Under the pieces are notes generated by a model, which was not told the DNA's origin, made no database searches, and worked only from the letters and a program-made list of their open reading frames with translations. Below are positions 12,932 through 27,772 of a DNA stretch of 64,000 nt, one piece after another. This DNA is from the human T2T-CHM13v2.0 reference genome, Homo sapiens. Location: assembly GCF_009914755.1 (NCBI RefSeq), contig NC_060935.1. One strand, 5' to 3'. The stretch's first letter is position 1, and every line of letters begins with the position of its first letter. A program made the position numbers and the translations under genes.

Positions 12932-14897
12932 TACATTCAAAATAGGTAGTAATTCTTAAAAGTTGTTTAAGCATTTTGGATCTGTACATCATGCTAACAT
13001 AAGCATTATTTCTATTTCTATTCTTCTCTATTTCTCATTTGGAAGGCTTGCCATTGTTTTCTCTAATGCCAGACGTACTTTGTGGATTCCAGTTTAAGCT
13101 TAATTAAATAGATATATTTTAGTCAGTGAGTCTAAAGCCAAAATCTAATTATCTGTAATTCCACAGAAAACAGTCAACTGAAATAAAATTTTTAAGATGA
13201 GAATTTCATTCCATTATTTGTGTACTTTCCCACTGTTAGGGAATAATATTTTACAGATTTTTGCCATAAAAATTGCAATAAGAATTTTTAACTCAACAAA
13301 TGAAAGATCTTTTATTTTAAAATGTTATGTTCAAATAAACTTTTTTTTTGCAGTACAGGGGTATTGAGACTCATTTTAAGTTTTGTCAAGGTATTGTATC
13401 TTTCTACTTCTGACTTTTCTAATATTTAAAGAAGAGGCAATTGTCATACCTGCTCCTTTTTGCTCAGTGGTAATATTTGCACCTGAGGAAAATAACCTGA
13501 AGATAATTAGTAAGTTATTAGCTTCCTACACTGCTTACTTTTTAATGTTGTTCTGTAGATCAAATACTGCAAAAGTGCTTGGAAAATGTCAAAATCCTAA
13601 ATTCAAATCCTAAATGTCAAAGTCACTAAATTCTTGTGCATTTAATTTCATCAGGTAACATACACTGTTTGAACATTTGACCTATCTGTGGACAGCTGCA
13701 AAGTAAGTCCTGTGAGAAACACCCATAAGTACATGCTCCAAAATGGACATATGCACACACTCTCACACACATACACTCACAGTGGGAGTGGGGATGTTGA
13801 ATTGCTACAATGTAAGTCAAAGCAATTAAGTCATGACTTGATTTACCAGTCAGTTCACATAAATCCAGATTTAATGTTCAGTGAGAACATACAAGATTAT
13901 CATGCTTGCTCCTAAATGTTAAAAAATGTCATTACCAGTTGAAAATAGCCTTCTACATGTTGATCCTCCCTGGGCAACTTTACCCCTTCCCTGGAGCTCT
14001 TCCCCTTAAAACTCCCATGGGTTAACACATATGTCATGAGAAGCTTCCATGAGCCTGCTCCCATGCTAAGGTAGCTACTAATCTGATACTGGTGCTTTGT
14101 TCTCCCTCTAAATTTTATCATCCTTAGAGTAGAAAATGTCTCTTGAGCTTATCACACAGTGGCACAAATGAATGCATAAGCAAAATTAGTGCATTGAAGT
14201 TTAATTTATAACAGCTTCTGTGTTTGACTCTTAACATTTTATCTTGGTTAATTCCTTGTTGTTAGAAGACAAAAGGTTTGAGATTCAGAAAAAGACACTA
14301 ACCTGCTAAGGTCACATACCAATACTGCCTGTAGTTGAACTGGAGTCTGTTTGACTTTAAAGCCCTATGCTTGCAGCAATATCACATTGCATTTGTGGAG
14401 ACAGGTAAATCTATTTTTTTTTATGAAATCAGTGAATTTTAATGACTCACTGAGCAGGTCCTATTAATCTCTGACTTGGTTCTTTCCATTGAAGAGCTCA
14501 TCCCATGAGAACACTAGCAACAAAGATTCTCTTATGGACCTAGCCATCAAATTCAAATGTCACTGAATTCCTAAATTCTCTCTGTCATTAATTGAAAAGC
14601 CTGAGATTCTTACTTGTGAAAGCTTTATGATTCTGTCTTCACTTTAGCTATTTTCTGTATCTATATTATATTTTTCCTTAAGGTTTTGCTATTTCAAGCA
14701 TTTTATGATGCTCATTATTCTCATAGAAGAATTACAAATAGAGTGATGCGGTATCTGCTTTCTCTTTCTCTTAATAGAACATTGTCTTCAAAACTCTTGT
14801 TCTTAACTGCCTCAGTCTTGCTTAAGTCTGCAAAAAGAAAAATACATGTGAATTCATTCTGGTATGCCTTGTAGTCTCCTTTTCTTATTTTTTATAA

Positions 14898-15519
<622 letters not shown>

Positions 15520-15624
15520 TCCTCACAAACTTTATTCAGGTAGATTTTTTAGGTTGGGAAACAACAGGGTCTTATCACAATGATAATCTCAGGGTTTTAT
15601 CTCTAAGTTAAAAAATAACTAAAC

Positions 15625-15800
15625 TTAGTTCTCAGTTTCAAATCTGACTAAAGTGCTTATTAACAGTTTAACTTTGGATAATTAATTTTATCCAGCTGAG
15701 CCTCCATTTACTCATCTGGTAATTAAAACTAGGAATAATAATACATCCCACTTCCTAGGATTATTTTGAAGACGGAGTTTGGAAATATAAATAATTTACT
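15625..15800 (+). mobile_element. MIR
   Basis: ctgagcctccatttactcatctg...aataataatacatcccacttcctaggattatt core. Confidence 0.6.
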
Positions 15801-16084
15801 TGACCAAGTTTTTGAGAAAATAGTTGTTATCCTCTCCACACACACCTTTCACTTTACAAAACTGCCCATCTCTGTCCTCAAATAATTTTTAGGCAAACTG
15901 TCTTTTTTACTTTCTAAATATATGTGGAACTGTTTTAAAATCAGCATTGCACTTTAGAAGAAAAGAGAAGCAAAACTGTTTTGCAAAGTTTTCTTGATGC
16001 AAATGTTACATTTCATCAATTTCCATTCCGCCCCGATGGTATGGAGGAAAGAATGTCCAGGCTTCGTACTGTAAATGTGCTTTA

Positions 16085-16145
16085 AAGAGAGAGAGAGAGA
16101 AAAGGACACACACACACATACACACAGAGAGATTGAGAGAGAGAA
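16085..16145. repeat. Compound (GA)n-(CA)n-(GA)n microsatellite
   Basis: Directly visible. Confidence 0.9.
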
Positions 16146-16573
16146 GCAGGCATTTACTGAACTCCCCCCCAAACAACATAAATCTATTCCTTTTATTAAT
16201 GAAAAGTCCCACCACATTCTCAGAGTAGGCTGTACTCATAAAAACTCATGGGAAAAGGAAAAAAAAAATTTACAGGACTTAAAGAGGATTGCAAAACTCT
16301 TAAGCCAGTGCTGGCTTAAAATAATAAAATCAGAATTACTTGAGGAAGAATGTCAGTATGCTTACCTACTCATAGTAAAAGTATGTTATCTCTTTTAAGT
16401 TTTCTTTTTGTCATTTTTTTGATATGACACAGATTCATATAGAAGTTGAATGGAATTTTGCAGGCTTTTGTGAAAAGAACACAAGGATCTACTTTGTGTA
16501 GATGGTCTACTCCTTGTGAGCTGGAAATGTCGTATCACAGCTATGTCCCCATCACTTAGAAAATTGCCAAACA

Positions 16574-16892
<319 letters not shown>

Positions 16893-16999
16893 TCAATAAC
16901 TACTTGTTAAACATTTGCTGTCTTACATTCATCCATATGCTTTTGCCTCTATATGATGATAGAGACAAATTCATCTAAAATTAGCTGCTGATCATCTTA

Positions 17000-17420
17000 G
17001 AAATATTTATTGTTCATATAGTGTGTTCATAATCATGACTTGATTTCATCTTATGAATATCTTTTAAATATCATTAACCTTAAGAATAGCAATAGGCTGA
17101 TATTATTTTTAATTTACAGAGAGGGAAACTGAGAATCAGATAAATAAGAAGAATTTTCCAGGTTCACTCAGCTAGTATAAGAAAAATACTAATCACAATG
17201 CCAGAATTTCAGACTTAATAACATGATCAGTAATCATTCATTAATATATGATATGTGTCTATTCATTAACTAATAGTGAACAATAGTCACGAGTGTCCTG
17301 TGTGTATTTGGTGCTGGTAATAAAAATAATAATGATTTTTTTTTGTCCTCAGAACTCCTGTTTTAGAGGCAGAGTGAGAAAAATAAGTCAATTATTACAA
17401 TAAAATGAAATAAAACTCTT
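17000..17420 (-). mobile_element. MIR followed by an L2 3' fragment
   Basis: atttacagagagggaaactgagaatcaga (MIR antisense core); cattcattaa...tgtcctcagaactc. Confidence 0.55.
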
Positions 17421-18014
17421 AGTCAAAAATAGCTGGTTAAACATTTGTTTATGTCTATTATTTCAAGAGCATATTAAATTGAAAGTCAAAGTATAAAACA
17501 TATATAAAGTCATATATATAAGAACTGAGCTTTCCATAATTATTTCCCTGCAATCATTGTAAGGAATGAGGAAGGATAGGGAGATAAGAAAGCTCTTGGT
17601 AATGGAGAGAGGTTATTATAGGTGTGGATTATATGGTTCTAAGTTATGGAGGTGTAAATGTATAGTTAAAGAAAGATGTTTGGACTTTTGGAATAGGAAA
17701 GGCATACCTGCACTTTTATCCTATTATGTTATTAGCTGTGTAGTCATGGATGGCTAACTTCTCTCTGAGCTCCATATGTGATAATATAAAGTGCTTTATG
17801 AAGTACCTCGTACCTAGCTTTTCAAAAAGGGTAGTATTATTATAATTGTGTTTATTTTTATTATTGTTATTATTAGGCTGTATTTGAGAAGTAAAATTGA
17901 TAAGATGATAGACCATAGTAAAATGAAAAGATCAAGGATAGGAGGATAGGAGAAAAAGAATAAATATGAAGAAGGAGTGAGACAGAGGGAGCAATTGGTA
18001 TGCATGGTGAGCAC

Positions 18015-18575
18015 AGAAGGAAATCCTGTCATTCCCAAATGACATTGACATGGATGAAACTGGATGACATAATGCCGAGTGAATTAAGCCAGACGCAGAA
18101 AGACAAATACTGCATAACCTCACTTATACATGAAAATTAAAATAATTAAACTTGTGAAAATAGAGTGGAATAGTGATTTCCAGGGGTGGGTTGGGGAAGG
18201 GGAAATGAGATTATGTTGGTCAAAGGGCACAAAATGTCACATATACAAAATGAATAAATTCTGAAGAGCTAATGTACAGAATGATTACCATAGTTTCAGT
18301 ATGTATTGTATACTTGAAATTTGACAAGAGGAGAGATTTTATGTGTTCTCATTTCAAAAAAAAAGGAAGGGAAAGGAAAGGAAGGAAGGAAGGAAGGTAG
18401 GAAAAAAAAGCAGAGAAGAGAAATAAAGAAAATGCTAACTATATAAGGTGAAAAATATGTTAATTAGCTTCATTGTGGTGATTTATTACTATGTATACAT
18501 ATAAAAATCAATTTGTACACCTTAAATATAATTCTACTTATTTTCAATTATACCTCCAATAAAGCTGAAAAATAA
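18015..18575 (+). mobile_element. L1MA (L1MA9-like) 3' end with internal (GAAG)n
   Basis: aaggaaatcctgtcatt...gaaagacaaatactgcat...tatacctccaataaagctgaaaaa. Confidence 0.88.
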
Positions 18576-18999
18576 ATTTAGAACATATTTAATAAATGTA
18601 ATGTTGTCAGGAAATTACAAAGTTCAAATGCATTCTCTGTTTGCTGAGGTGAAGAAGAAAGTCCTTGAGGAAAAGTTTAAGAAATATTCGTTTGAAAAAT
18701 GACTGTATTATCTAAAAAAAAAAAAAATCAAAGTTTTCCAACTCCAGAAACCAGAATCACAGCCTTCAATTGAAGTAGGGGAATAACTAGACTCACAAAA
18801 TGCATTGATAAAGAAATAGAGTAGATTAGCTGAATGGCATGGTATTCAAAGAATATGTTTGTACAGGACAGTGGAAATGTGGTGACCAACAGGAGTACAG
18901 CATGTTTCCAGAAAACATCTTGGAAAAAAATCAATGTTTCTAGTCCATTGGTCTTAGAGTGTATGGGGAGTAGGAACATAAATAGTTACCAACTAGAGA

Positions 19000-19190
19000 T
19001 TTGTAATATAAGGGCTGCCACTTACTAACTTTTTAACCTTAAATAATTTACTTAAGGTTTTCTGAGTCTCTGTGTTTTCTAGTATAAAGTGTCAACCTCG
19101 GAGGGTTATTTTCCTGATAAATGAGTCAATTTCCATGAAGTGCCAAACAGAGAAGTGAATACTGGTGATTCATCAACAAATGGCAGCCAT
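19000..19190 (+). mobile_element. MIR
   Basis: ctgccacttactaac...ctgagtctctgtgttttct...catcaacaaatggcagc. Confidence 0.55.
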
Positions 19191-21188
19191 CTCAACTGTC
19201 TTCTTCCAGTGAGAAAAGCTGGGAATGAAAATGGTCCTGGGGGAGAATCAGGTTTCAGCCAAGGCAAGGAGTATCAGGGAAGAGCCTATATTGTCTCAAT
19301 TGTGCCATCCTATCACCTGCAAAACAAAAATGCAGAAACTATCATTGCAGCATCCTTAGCAAGCAGCAGGCTTTAAAACACCTGCTTACAATCAGGAGAA
19401 AATAAATTAAACTGCTCAACTGTGAAGTCTTAAAATACACTCCCAAGTATAATTTCACAGTGAATCACAATTACAATTTCCTCCTCTAGATATTCCATCA
19501 ATAGTTCCTATTTCCTTTTCTGCTGGTTGACTTTCATCAATGACAAGGTAGCCTTTCAGTCAGTTGTAAGGATGAGATGGGAGACCAGAAATCAATGAAA
19601 CACACAGACTTTGTAAATGACATAGCCAATTTGATAATCTCCATCTAACTGTTACTGAACTTCAGCCAATTGTTTGTAAGGAAAATACTATTGTGAATCA
19701 ACTCTGTGGGCTAACATAACAATGAAGGCTAATCAATATCAAAATGACTTAAAATCAATACTGAGAAGATAGTATTTTTTTCTGAACCCGATCAACATTA
19801 AACTAATTAATAGACATCATGAAATTGAGAATCTGCTTCACTTTATAATGGCTGAAAAAAATCAAGTCTTGCTTCATAGTCCAAAATGGTATGTCACAAA
19901 ATACTACAGAAAGTACCATGCTACTCCATGTGACATTTGAAGTGACATGTTCTGCTTTTCATTATATTAGGGATCTGCCAACTCTAATCGACAGGGCAAG
20001 TCTGAAGTCTGTATGCTTTGGGATGCTTTTGGTCCTTATGTTATTAAACTAAAACAAAGAGAAAAAGTTAATAAACACTTTTGATTGAGTAGAAAGACAA
20101 TAATAAATCAGCCTGTTTAAAACTCTCCTAATACAAGATGTGAGTACACAGATAATACAGGGAGATGCTCCTATAGTACAAAAATATGTAAGATGTTTCT
20201 TTATGGGAAATACACTTTGGAATTAATATTTAATACCTCAAAACAGACATAGGCAAAGGTTTGTTAAATATATCCTAAGTCAACAAGATTTGACCATAAT
20301 CAGATAATTGAACATTGGGAAAATGTGCCCAGAAAAAAGAGAAGGTTTTTCAGCTATAAGAAGAAAGCTTATTGATGGCCAGAAATGTCAGTGCTCATTC
20401 AGGCACTGTTGTGGGGGACCAGGCTTTTTCTTTAGTACTAGCTTGTCTCCCCGGAGTGGCAAGTCTATTGGTATACCAAAAATGGAGACCCAAATTCATT
20501 TTTTAAAGAAATCAGGTATTTAACTATTATAACCGACTTTCTTTCTGTGATCCCAGGAAGGCCAAGAACATTCAGATAGCAATTTGCTTTACCGAGTAGA
20601 GGCAGAACATGAAATCCAGATATTCGCTTGCAGTATGTGAATAACCAGTGTTCTGTTTGCAAAACCCACCTCTGGAAGGATTCTCAACTTGAATTTTCCC
20701 TGCAAAATGGAACCTCTCTGAAGTACTGACAATTCCAGTGTTTGAAGCTGCAGGCCTGAGAGACAGACTTTAGAATAAGGTAGCCTTACAAGGTCATGCC
20801 ACATATGACACCCATTGGATGACAGGCAGTGTTTCTTGTCACTATTCAGAGCATTCCCTCCAGCTTACTCTTCTCCAAATGTAATACAGATAATGACACC
20901 CCTCCCTTCAATGTGTGCATATATTTAACTGACATTTACTAATTATTATCACATATTTTAAATAGGCTAATCATAATCAGAGCTAGTCAAACAAATTAGA
21001 CCCTGAAATATTTACTGTCTGGGGCATTTTCAGTCTTTGGCTCCATGTTGAGCTGGTGACAATTCATCCATGATGAAGCAGTTATAAAGTAAAATATTCT
21101 CTGGAAGGAGCAGGGTTGCATGGCACACTGTTTTAAGATGCGTACTTTTAAATTTTGGAACACAGATAATTCTTGTAAAATTATGACT

Positions 21189-21247
21189 CACACACTTGCA
21201 TACACACGCACACACACACACCCATGCATACACACACACACACACAC
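21189..21247. repeat. Imperfect (CA)n microsatellite
   Basis: Directly visible. Confidence 0.9.
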
Positions 21248-21567
21248 CTGGGATACATGTCTATCTATGCCTGTAGCTGATGTTTATCATTAAGAAACAT
21301 GCTGGTCTTTGATCATTATGCTGTTTTGCTTTGTTCAAAACATTGCAAAAATGTAACAATGTACTATGGATTGCCATGGAAATGAGAATTGGTTCCTTCT
21401 CTGTTATTTATAGAGGCCCACTCACAGATCTAAGACTTCAAATGAGATCATAGCTTTAATCCTTAAGATGCTTTTTTTCTTTTCCCGAGTTATGTGCAGT
21501 TGAGTCCTGATTTATTAGTTTCAAAAGCATTTTCTAAGTAATTGCCTCATACTGCCTGGTCCTTTAT

Positions 21568-21871
<304 letters not shown>

Positions 21872-22094
21872 TGCTTGGTCCTTTATACAGGTGAATAAAG
21901 ATAAGAGAATCTGTGTGTGTGAATACATACATATACACGTATAGATATGCATGTAGCAGAATTAATGTAAAAGATTAGATCTATATAATGTGCATAATAT
22001 ATGGTATATTATATATAAAAAAGCAATGTAATAAACAAGGTAGTTAATGCAAACTTTCTATGATAAATTTATCTTATCAGCTGATAATACAAAT

Positions 22095-24902
22095 TAGTTA
22101 TTTTTATTTCTATACATTTATGGGATACAAGTGCAATTTTGTTACATACATAGATTTATAGTGGTCAAATCAGAGCTTTAAGGGTATCCATCATCCAAAT
22201 AACATACATTGTACCCATTAAATATTTGTTATTACCCACTTCACCACTCTGTTACACTTCTCAGTTTCTATTGTCTGTTATTACATACTCTACGTTCATA
22301 TGTACACATTATTTAGCTCCAATTTATGAATGAGAACATGCCATATTTGTCTTTCTGTGTCTGAATTGTTTCACTTATAATTCTGGCCTCCAGCACCATT
22401 TATATTGCTGTAAAATACATTTATTCTTTTTTATGGCTGAACAGTATTCCATTGCATATATATATATGCATTATATATTATACATTATATATATATTCCA
22501 TTGCATATATATATTACATATATATTATATATATTCCATTGCATATATATATATTCCATTGCATATATATATATATATATATACCATATTTTCTTTATCT
22601 AACCATCCGTTGATGAACACTTAGATTGATTCCATATCTTTGCTATTGTGAAGAGTGCCACAATAAACATAAAAGTGCAAGTGTCTTTTTGATAAAATGA
22701 TTTATTTTCCTCTGGATAGATACCCAGTAGTGGGATTGCTGGATTGAATGGTAGTTCTATTTTTAGTTCCTTGAGCAATCTTCATACTGTTTGTCATAGA
22801 GGTTATATTAATTTATTTTCCCAAAATAGTGTATAAGTGTTCCCTTTTCTTCACATCCTCACTAACGTCTGTTATCTTTTGTCTTTTTAATAATAACCTT
22901 TCTGAGTTGGGTATGATAAAGTACCACTGTGATTTTAATTTGCATTTCTCTGATGATTAGTGATGTTAAGTATGTTTTCATATACGTGTTGGCCATTTGT
23001 ATGTCTTCTTTTGAAAAATGTCTATTTTTTTTTTGCCAACTGTTTAATGGGATTACTTTTTTTGTTTTTACTGAGTCGTTGAAGTTTCTTATATATTCCA
23101 TATATTAGTTCCTTGTTGGGTATATATTGTAAATATTTTCTTGCATCCTGTAAGTTGTCTGTTCACTCTGTTAATTATTTATTTCCTGTACAGAAGCTTT
23201 TTAGTGGAATTAAGTCTCACTTATCTATTTTTGTTTTTGTTGTTTGTGCTTTTCAGGTCTTAGTCATTAATTCTTTGCCTAGGCCAAGGTCCAGAAAAGT
23301 TGTTCCTATGTTTTCTTCTTGGACTTTTATAGTTTCAGGACTTCCATTTGTCTTTAATTCATTTTAAACTGATTTTTGTTTATGGTGAGAAATAAGGGTC
23401 CGGTTTTATTCTTCTGCATAAAGCATTCTAATTTTCCTAGCACCATTTATTACAAAGGGTGTCTTTTCTACAATGTATGTTCTTGTGGACCTTGTCAAAG
23501 ATTAGTTGGCTTTAAATATGTTGCTTTATTTCTGGGTGCTATATTCTGTTTTATTAATCTATGTGTCTACATTAATGCCAGTATCATACTGTTTAGGTTA
23601 CTATAGCCTTGTAACATAATTTGAAGTCAGGTAATATGGTGCCTCCAGCTTTGTTCTCTTTCCTTGTAATGGCTTTGGCTATTCCGACTATTTTTTTTTT
23701 TTTTTTTTTGCTGTTCCATACTAAGTTTAAGATTTCTAAAAATTCCATGAAAATGATGTTGTTATATTGATAGAGGTTGCACCGAATCTGTAGATTGCTT
23801 TGAGTAGAGCGGTTATTTTAATAAGATTGTTTCTTCTGATCTATGAGCATGGGGTGTTTTTCATTTGTTTGTGTCACCTACACTTTTTTTCATTAGTGCT
23901 TTATAAGTTTCTTTTTGTAGAGATCTTTCCTCTACTTGGTTAAATATATGTCTAGGTATCTTTTTGTAGCTATCGTAAATGGAATTGCCTTCTTGATTTC
24001 ATTCTCAGCTAGATCATTATTGGTGTATAGAAGTACTACTGATTTTTGTACATCGATTTTATGTCCTACAATTTTATCAAATTCATTTATTAAATCTAAA
24101 AAGTTTTCTGGTGCCATCTTTAGGTTTTTCTAAATATGAGGTCACGTCATCAGGAAATATTGATAATTTGACTTTCTCTTCTGATTTGGAAGCTTTTTTT
24201 TTCTCTTTCCTGATTGTTGTGGCTAGGATTTCCAGTACTATGTTGAAAATGAGTGGTGAAAGTGGGCATTGTTGTCTTGTTCTAGATCTTAGAAGTGTTT
24301 TCAGCTTTTCTCCACTTACTATGATGTTGGCTATAGGTTTGTTGTATATGGCCATTATCATTTTGAGGTACTTTCCTTCAATGCCTAGTAGGTTCAGGTG
24401 TTTTTCTTTATTGTTTTTTTTTTCTTTTCTTTTCATATCATGAGGTGGTGCTGAATTTTATCAAATGCTTTTTCTGTGCCTATAGAGAGATCAGATAGTT
24501 TTTATCCTTAGTCCTGTTTATGTGATACATAACATTTATTGATTTACGTATGTTGAAATATCCTTGTATCCCTTCGTTGTAGTGTTACATTTTTGATGTG
24601 CTATTAGTTCAGTTTGCTGGTATTTTATGGAGGATTTTCACACCTGTGTTTATCAGGGATATCGGTCTGTAGTTGTGTGTGTGTGTCCTTGTCTGGTTGG
24701 GTCTCAGGGTGATACTAGCCTCGTGGAATAAGCTAGAGATAATTTTCTTGATTTTTGGGAGCTTTAGGATGCTTGGAATTAGTTCTTCTTTGTATGTTTT
24801 GTAGAATGCAGCTGTGAATCTATCTAGTCCTGGCTTTTCTTTTTTGAGAGATATTTTATTACTGATTCAATCCTTCTAGTCATTAGTGGTCTGTTCAGGT
24901 TT
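22095..24902 (-). mobile_element. L1MA2/3-like LINE-1, 5'-truncated (RT region to 3'UTR)
   Basis: ORF-track peptides match L1 ORF2 RT (TRQQCPLSPLIFNIVLEILA; RHFSKEDIQMAN). 3'UTR gggatacaagtgcaattttgttacat. Confidence 0.92.
22445..22582. repeat. Compound (TA)n minisatellite with 4 copies of tattccattgcatatata
   Basis: Directly visible inside the L1MA. Confidence 0.9.
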
Positions 24903-26952
24903 TGGAGAATGCAAATTAATACAGGAAAGAGGGCATATGAATATAATGTACCAATTACCAAACCTGATCAAACAGCCTGCTGCTGCTGCCTATTTCTGGC
25001 ATTGGAAGTGACCCACAATCAAAATGTAATATGGATAGGCTTTTGCTTTTTACTATGGAAGTGGGGCATTTATAGGTATTTAGGATTTTATATTAGTTTT
25101 CAGAATAACTGTGTAATGTCATTTCACATTTGAGAATATGTTAATACTTACCAACTCACTAAACACCTGAAAGATAGGCATTTCACTACTGAATTTTTAC
25201 ACAAAACTGAAGGAACTTCTGTGGGTATCAGGACGCCATTGTATAACTCAAAATAGAATATTTATTCATATATTTGGGTATAATGAGGGACATAAAACCT
25301 CGGCATTTGATAGCATTGTGAAAGAGCTTGCTGTTTTCTGATCCAATATGTATTTTTTACACAAATAATTTGAAATAATCTAGAGCAAATGTCACCTAGA
25401 AAATTGAACAGAAGTCTAATAAAGTTTGCATATAGATGAAAAGCTTATTAATTTTTAACTAGCTTCCCCCATATCATTACAATCAGTGCACTGCAAGAAG
25501 TGAGTTCTATTATCAGCACAGGTATTACAAGTATGATTTTTAATGTATGGCCTTAGGAATCCCACGTAGCAACCACAGAATTTTTCTTATGTAAATGTCC
25601 ATTAATCAGCACATGAAAATTCCTGTCTGCTCATCAGGGCAATCCTAACAGCATCCCCAACAAACATTTAAAATAGACGTGCTCCAAAATCTCAAGTCCT
25701 CCCTAGCCTATGTGAAAAACATAAACAATTACAGTGGACTGAACTTAATCTCAAGAGGAGACTGGATTGTTCCAACATATAAGGAAATGCAAAATATCAC
25801 ACAGAATATAAACCAAGCTGATGAGATAGCCTGAAGTTGTCAGATATATGCATCTTGCAGGCATTATGGGGATATTAGTACTCACCCAATCTTGTTTGAG
25901 AGAACACCATTTCAAACTCCTTTAACCAAGTAATGTATTAAGAAATGATATGTACTGCAACCAATGGATCTCAAAGGAGTAAAACATGTTGAGTTCCTGT
26001 TTGTTAAGGAAAGATGGGGTCTTGAAGAATGATAGGATATAGAAAGGAAATCTGAGCAACAGGAGTAAAAGATTATCTTGTTTTGATGTGAATTGCCTTT
26101 TCTAGTCTGGGAGATTTTCTTGTTGCCTTCATGATGACCATATGTAAAATTACCTTCATATGTATGTGGCATTTTTCCACATTTATTTACACTTATCTTG
26201 CACTCACATTCAAAGGCACTCAGGAGTAGAGGACACATAAAAATATTCCATCCAAAAACAATGAAACAAACAGATCTGCCACAATGCTTTCAAGTATTTA
26301 AAAATAAAATGAGGATATATAGGTTATTTTGAACCAAATCCAAATATATAAAGTTGACTTTAGCTGCCACTATGTTCTTAGCAAAAGATACACACAAGTT
26401 AGGCCATTGAAACATTTTAAAATAATTTTCTAAAAGGTCACCTTCTCATGTGAGTTACCTAGCCACTCCATGAAAATCAATCAGAATCTTTAAAAGTTTA
26501 CAATAATTGAGAAGAAAAAGCAGTGGAAAAAAATGATGTGTTCTTCTCAGTTGTATTTTAGTATATTTTATCATTGCAAAGAAATTCTTGAAGGTATAAG
26601 CTCAAAATTTTAGGCAAGTAATATAATTCAGAATAAAATATGTTTAAAATAATCACAATTTACTTTTATAAAAAGTTTTATAGAGAAAATATACATTGTT
26701 AATGTTGACCTTTTATATATTTAAGTATGATGTTTTCTATCTCATAATGAATGAATTAATATCTCAAGAGGTGGCTGCTTATATTTATAGGATTATATAG
26801 CAACTGCATGAATTTATTTTCTGCTCACAAAATGAACCATTAACTTTCTATAAAAGATATACATTAATTACATTCTTATGCTTTGTAATCATCACTCTTG
26901 ACATCCTTCAAATTTGAAAAAAATTATTAAAATGTATTTTTTTAGTCTAACA

Positions 26953-26955
<3 letters not shown>

Positions 26956-26998
<43 letters not shown>
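26956..26998. repeat. (TG)n(TA)n microsatellite
   Basis: Directly visible. Confidence 0.95.
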
Positions 26999-27049
26999 GT
27001 CTGTCTATTAAAGGACAATAAAGTCTAAACCTGTTTAACTATTAAAGCA

Positions 27050-27220
27050 AATAAATGAAGAGCTGAGACTCTGAAGACAGAATTATTGGGTTTTCTATAG
27101 CAATCAAACTTACTAGAAGTATGATCTTGAGCAAATTACTTAACCCTCTACTTCAGTCATCTTATATGTAAATGAATTTTTGTGAGAATTATATGAGTTC
27201 ATGTATGACTTAGAAAAAAT
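27050..27220 (+). mobile_element. MIR
   Basis: gtatgatcttgagcaaattacttaaccctcta. Confidence 0.6.
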
Positions 27221-27364
27221 AAATCTAAGAACTTAAAGGCAAAATATTGGTGAAACATGGCAATAAAAACAGCATAATTTTCAAAATGTGGCACAGATAC
27301 CCTGGAAGTACTATTCCATATTACAAGGGTGGTAATGTATACCATAATCAGATACAAACATTAT

Positions 27365-27772
27365 GGTAGAGGTCCTAAACTGGTAGCTCCCATCTAGATT
27401 GTCTTTGTATGGCTATCACAGAATTGGTCCACATAGTTTATTTTCATTGAGGTAGTGGCTAAAAATTACATATCAGAAGATAAGCCAAGATATGCCAGCT
27501 ATCGATAACACAGAGAGATCAAGCATTTTCTTTCTGGTTTTTCAAGATCTCATTCCCTATTTTTTCCCCCATACTGTAACTAAGTATCATCTTCAAGTTC
27601 TCCTAGTGTTTTGCATTACTGCTTTTTTAAAGTTAATTTTTTCTGGATTTATAACTTCAAAAAAAAAAAAAGTAAATGAGCAATAAACTGACCATAGAGC
27701 TGTTTGTTTTGCAGCTGATTCTGTTTACTCGTTTGCATTATGAGCCTGGTCAAGGCATTTGAGTTTGCAGGT
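27365..27772. mobile_element. Probable old hAT-Charlie MER-type DNA transposon
   Basis: Ends agaggtcctaaactgg and gcatttgagtttgcag resemble hAT MER termini. Subfamily not resolved. Confidence 0.4.

Noticed and set aside
21370-21384. RFX X-box-like attgccatggaaat
   Set aside because: Both terminal positions differ from GTTGCCATGGAAAC; a single degenerate motif is not enough.
25912-26238. 108-aa minus-strand ORF in unique DNA
   Set aside because: No recognisable domain, and the length is within chance expectation for 64 kb in six frames.
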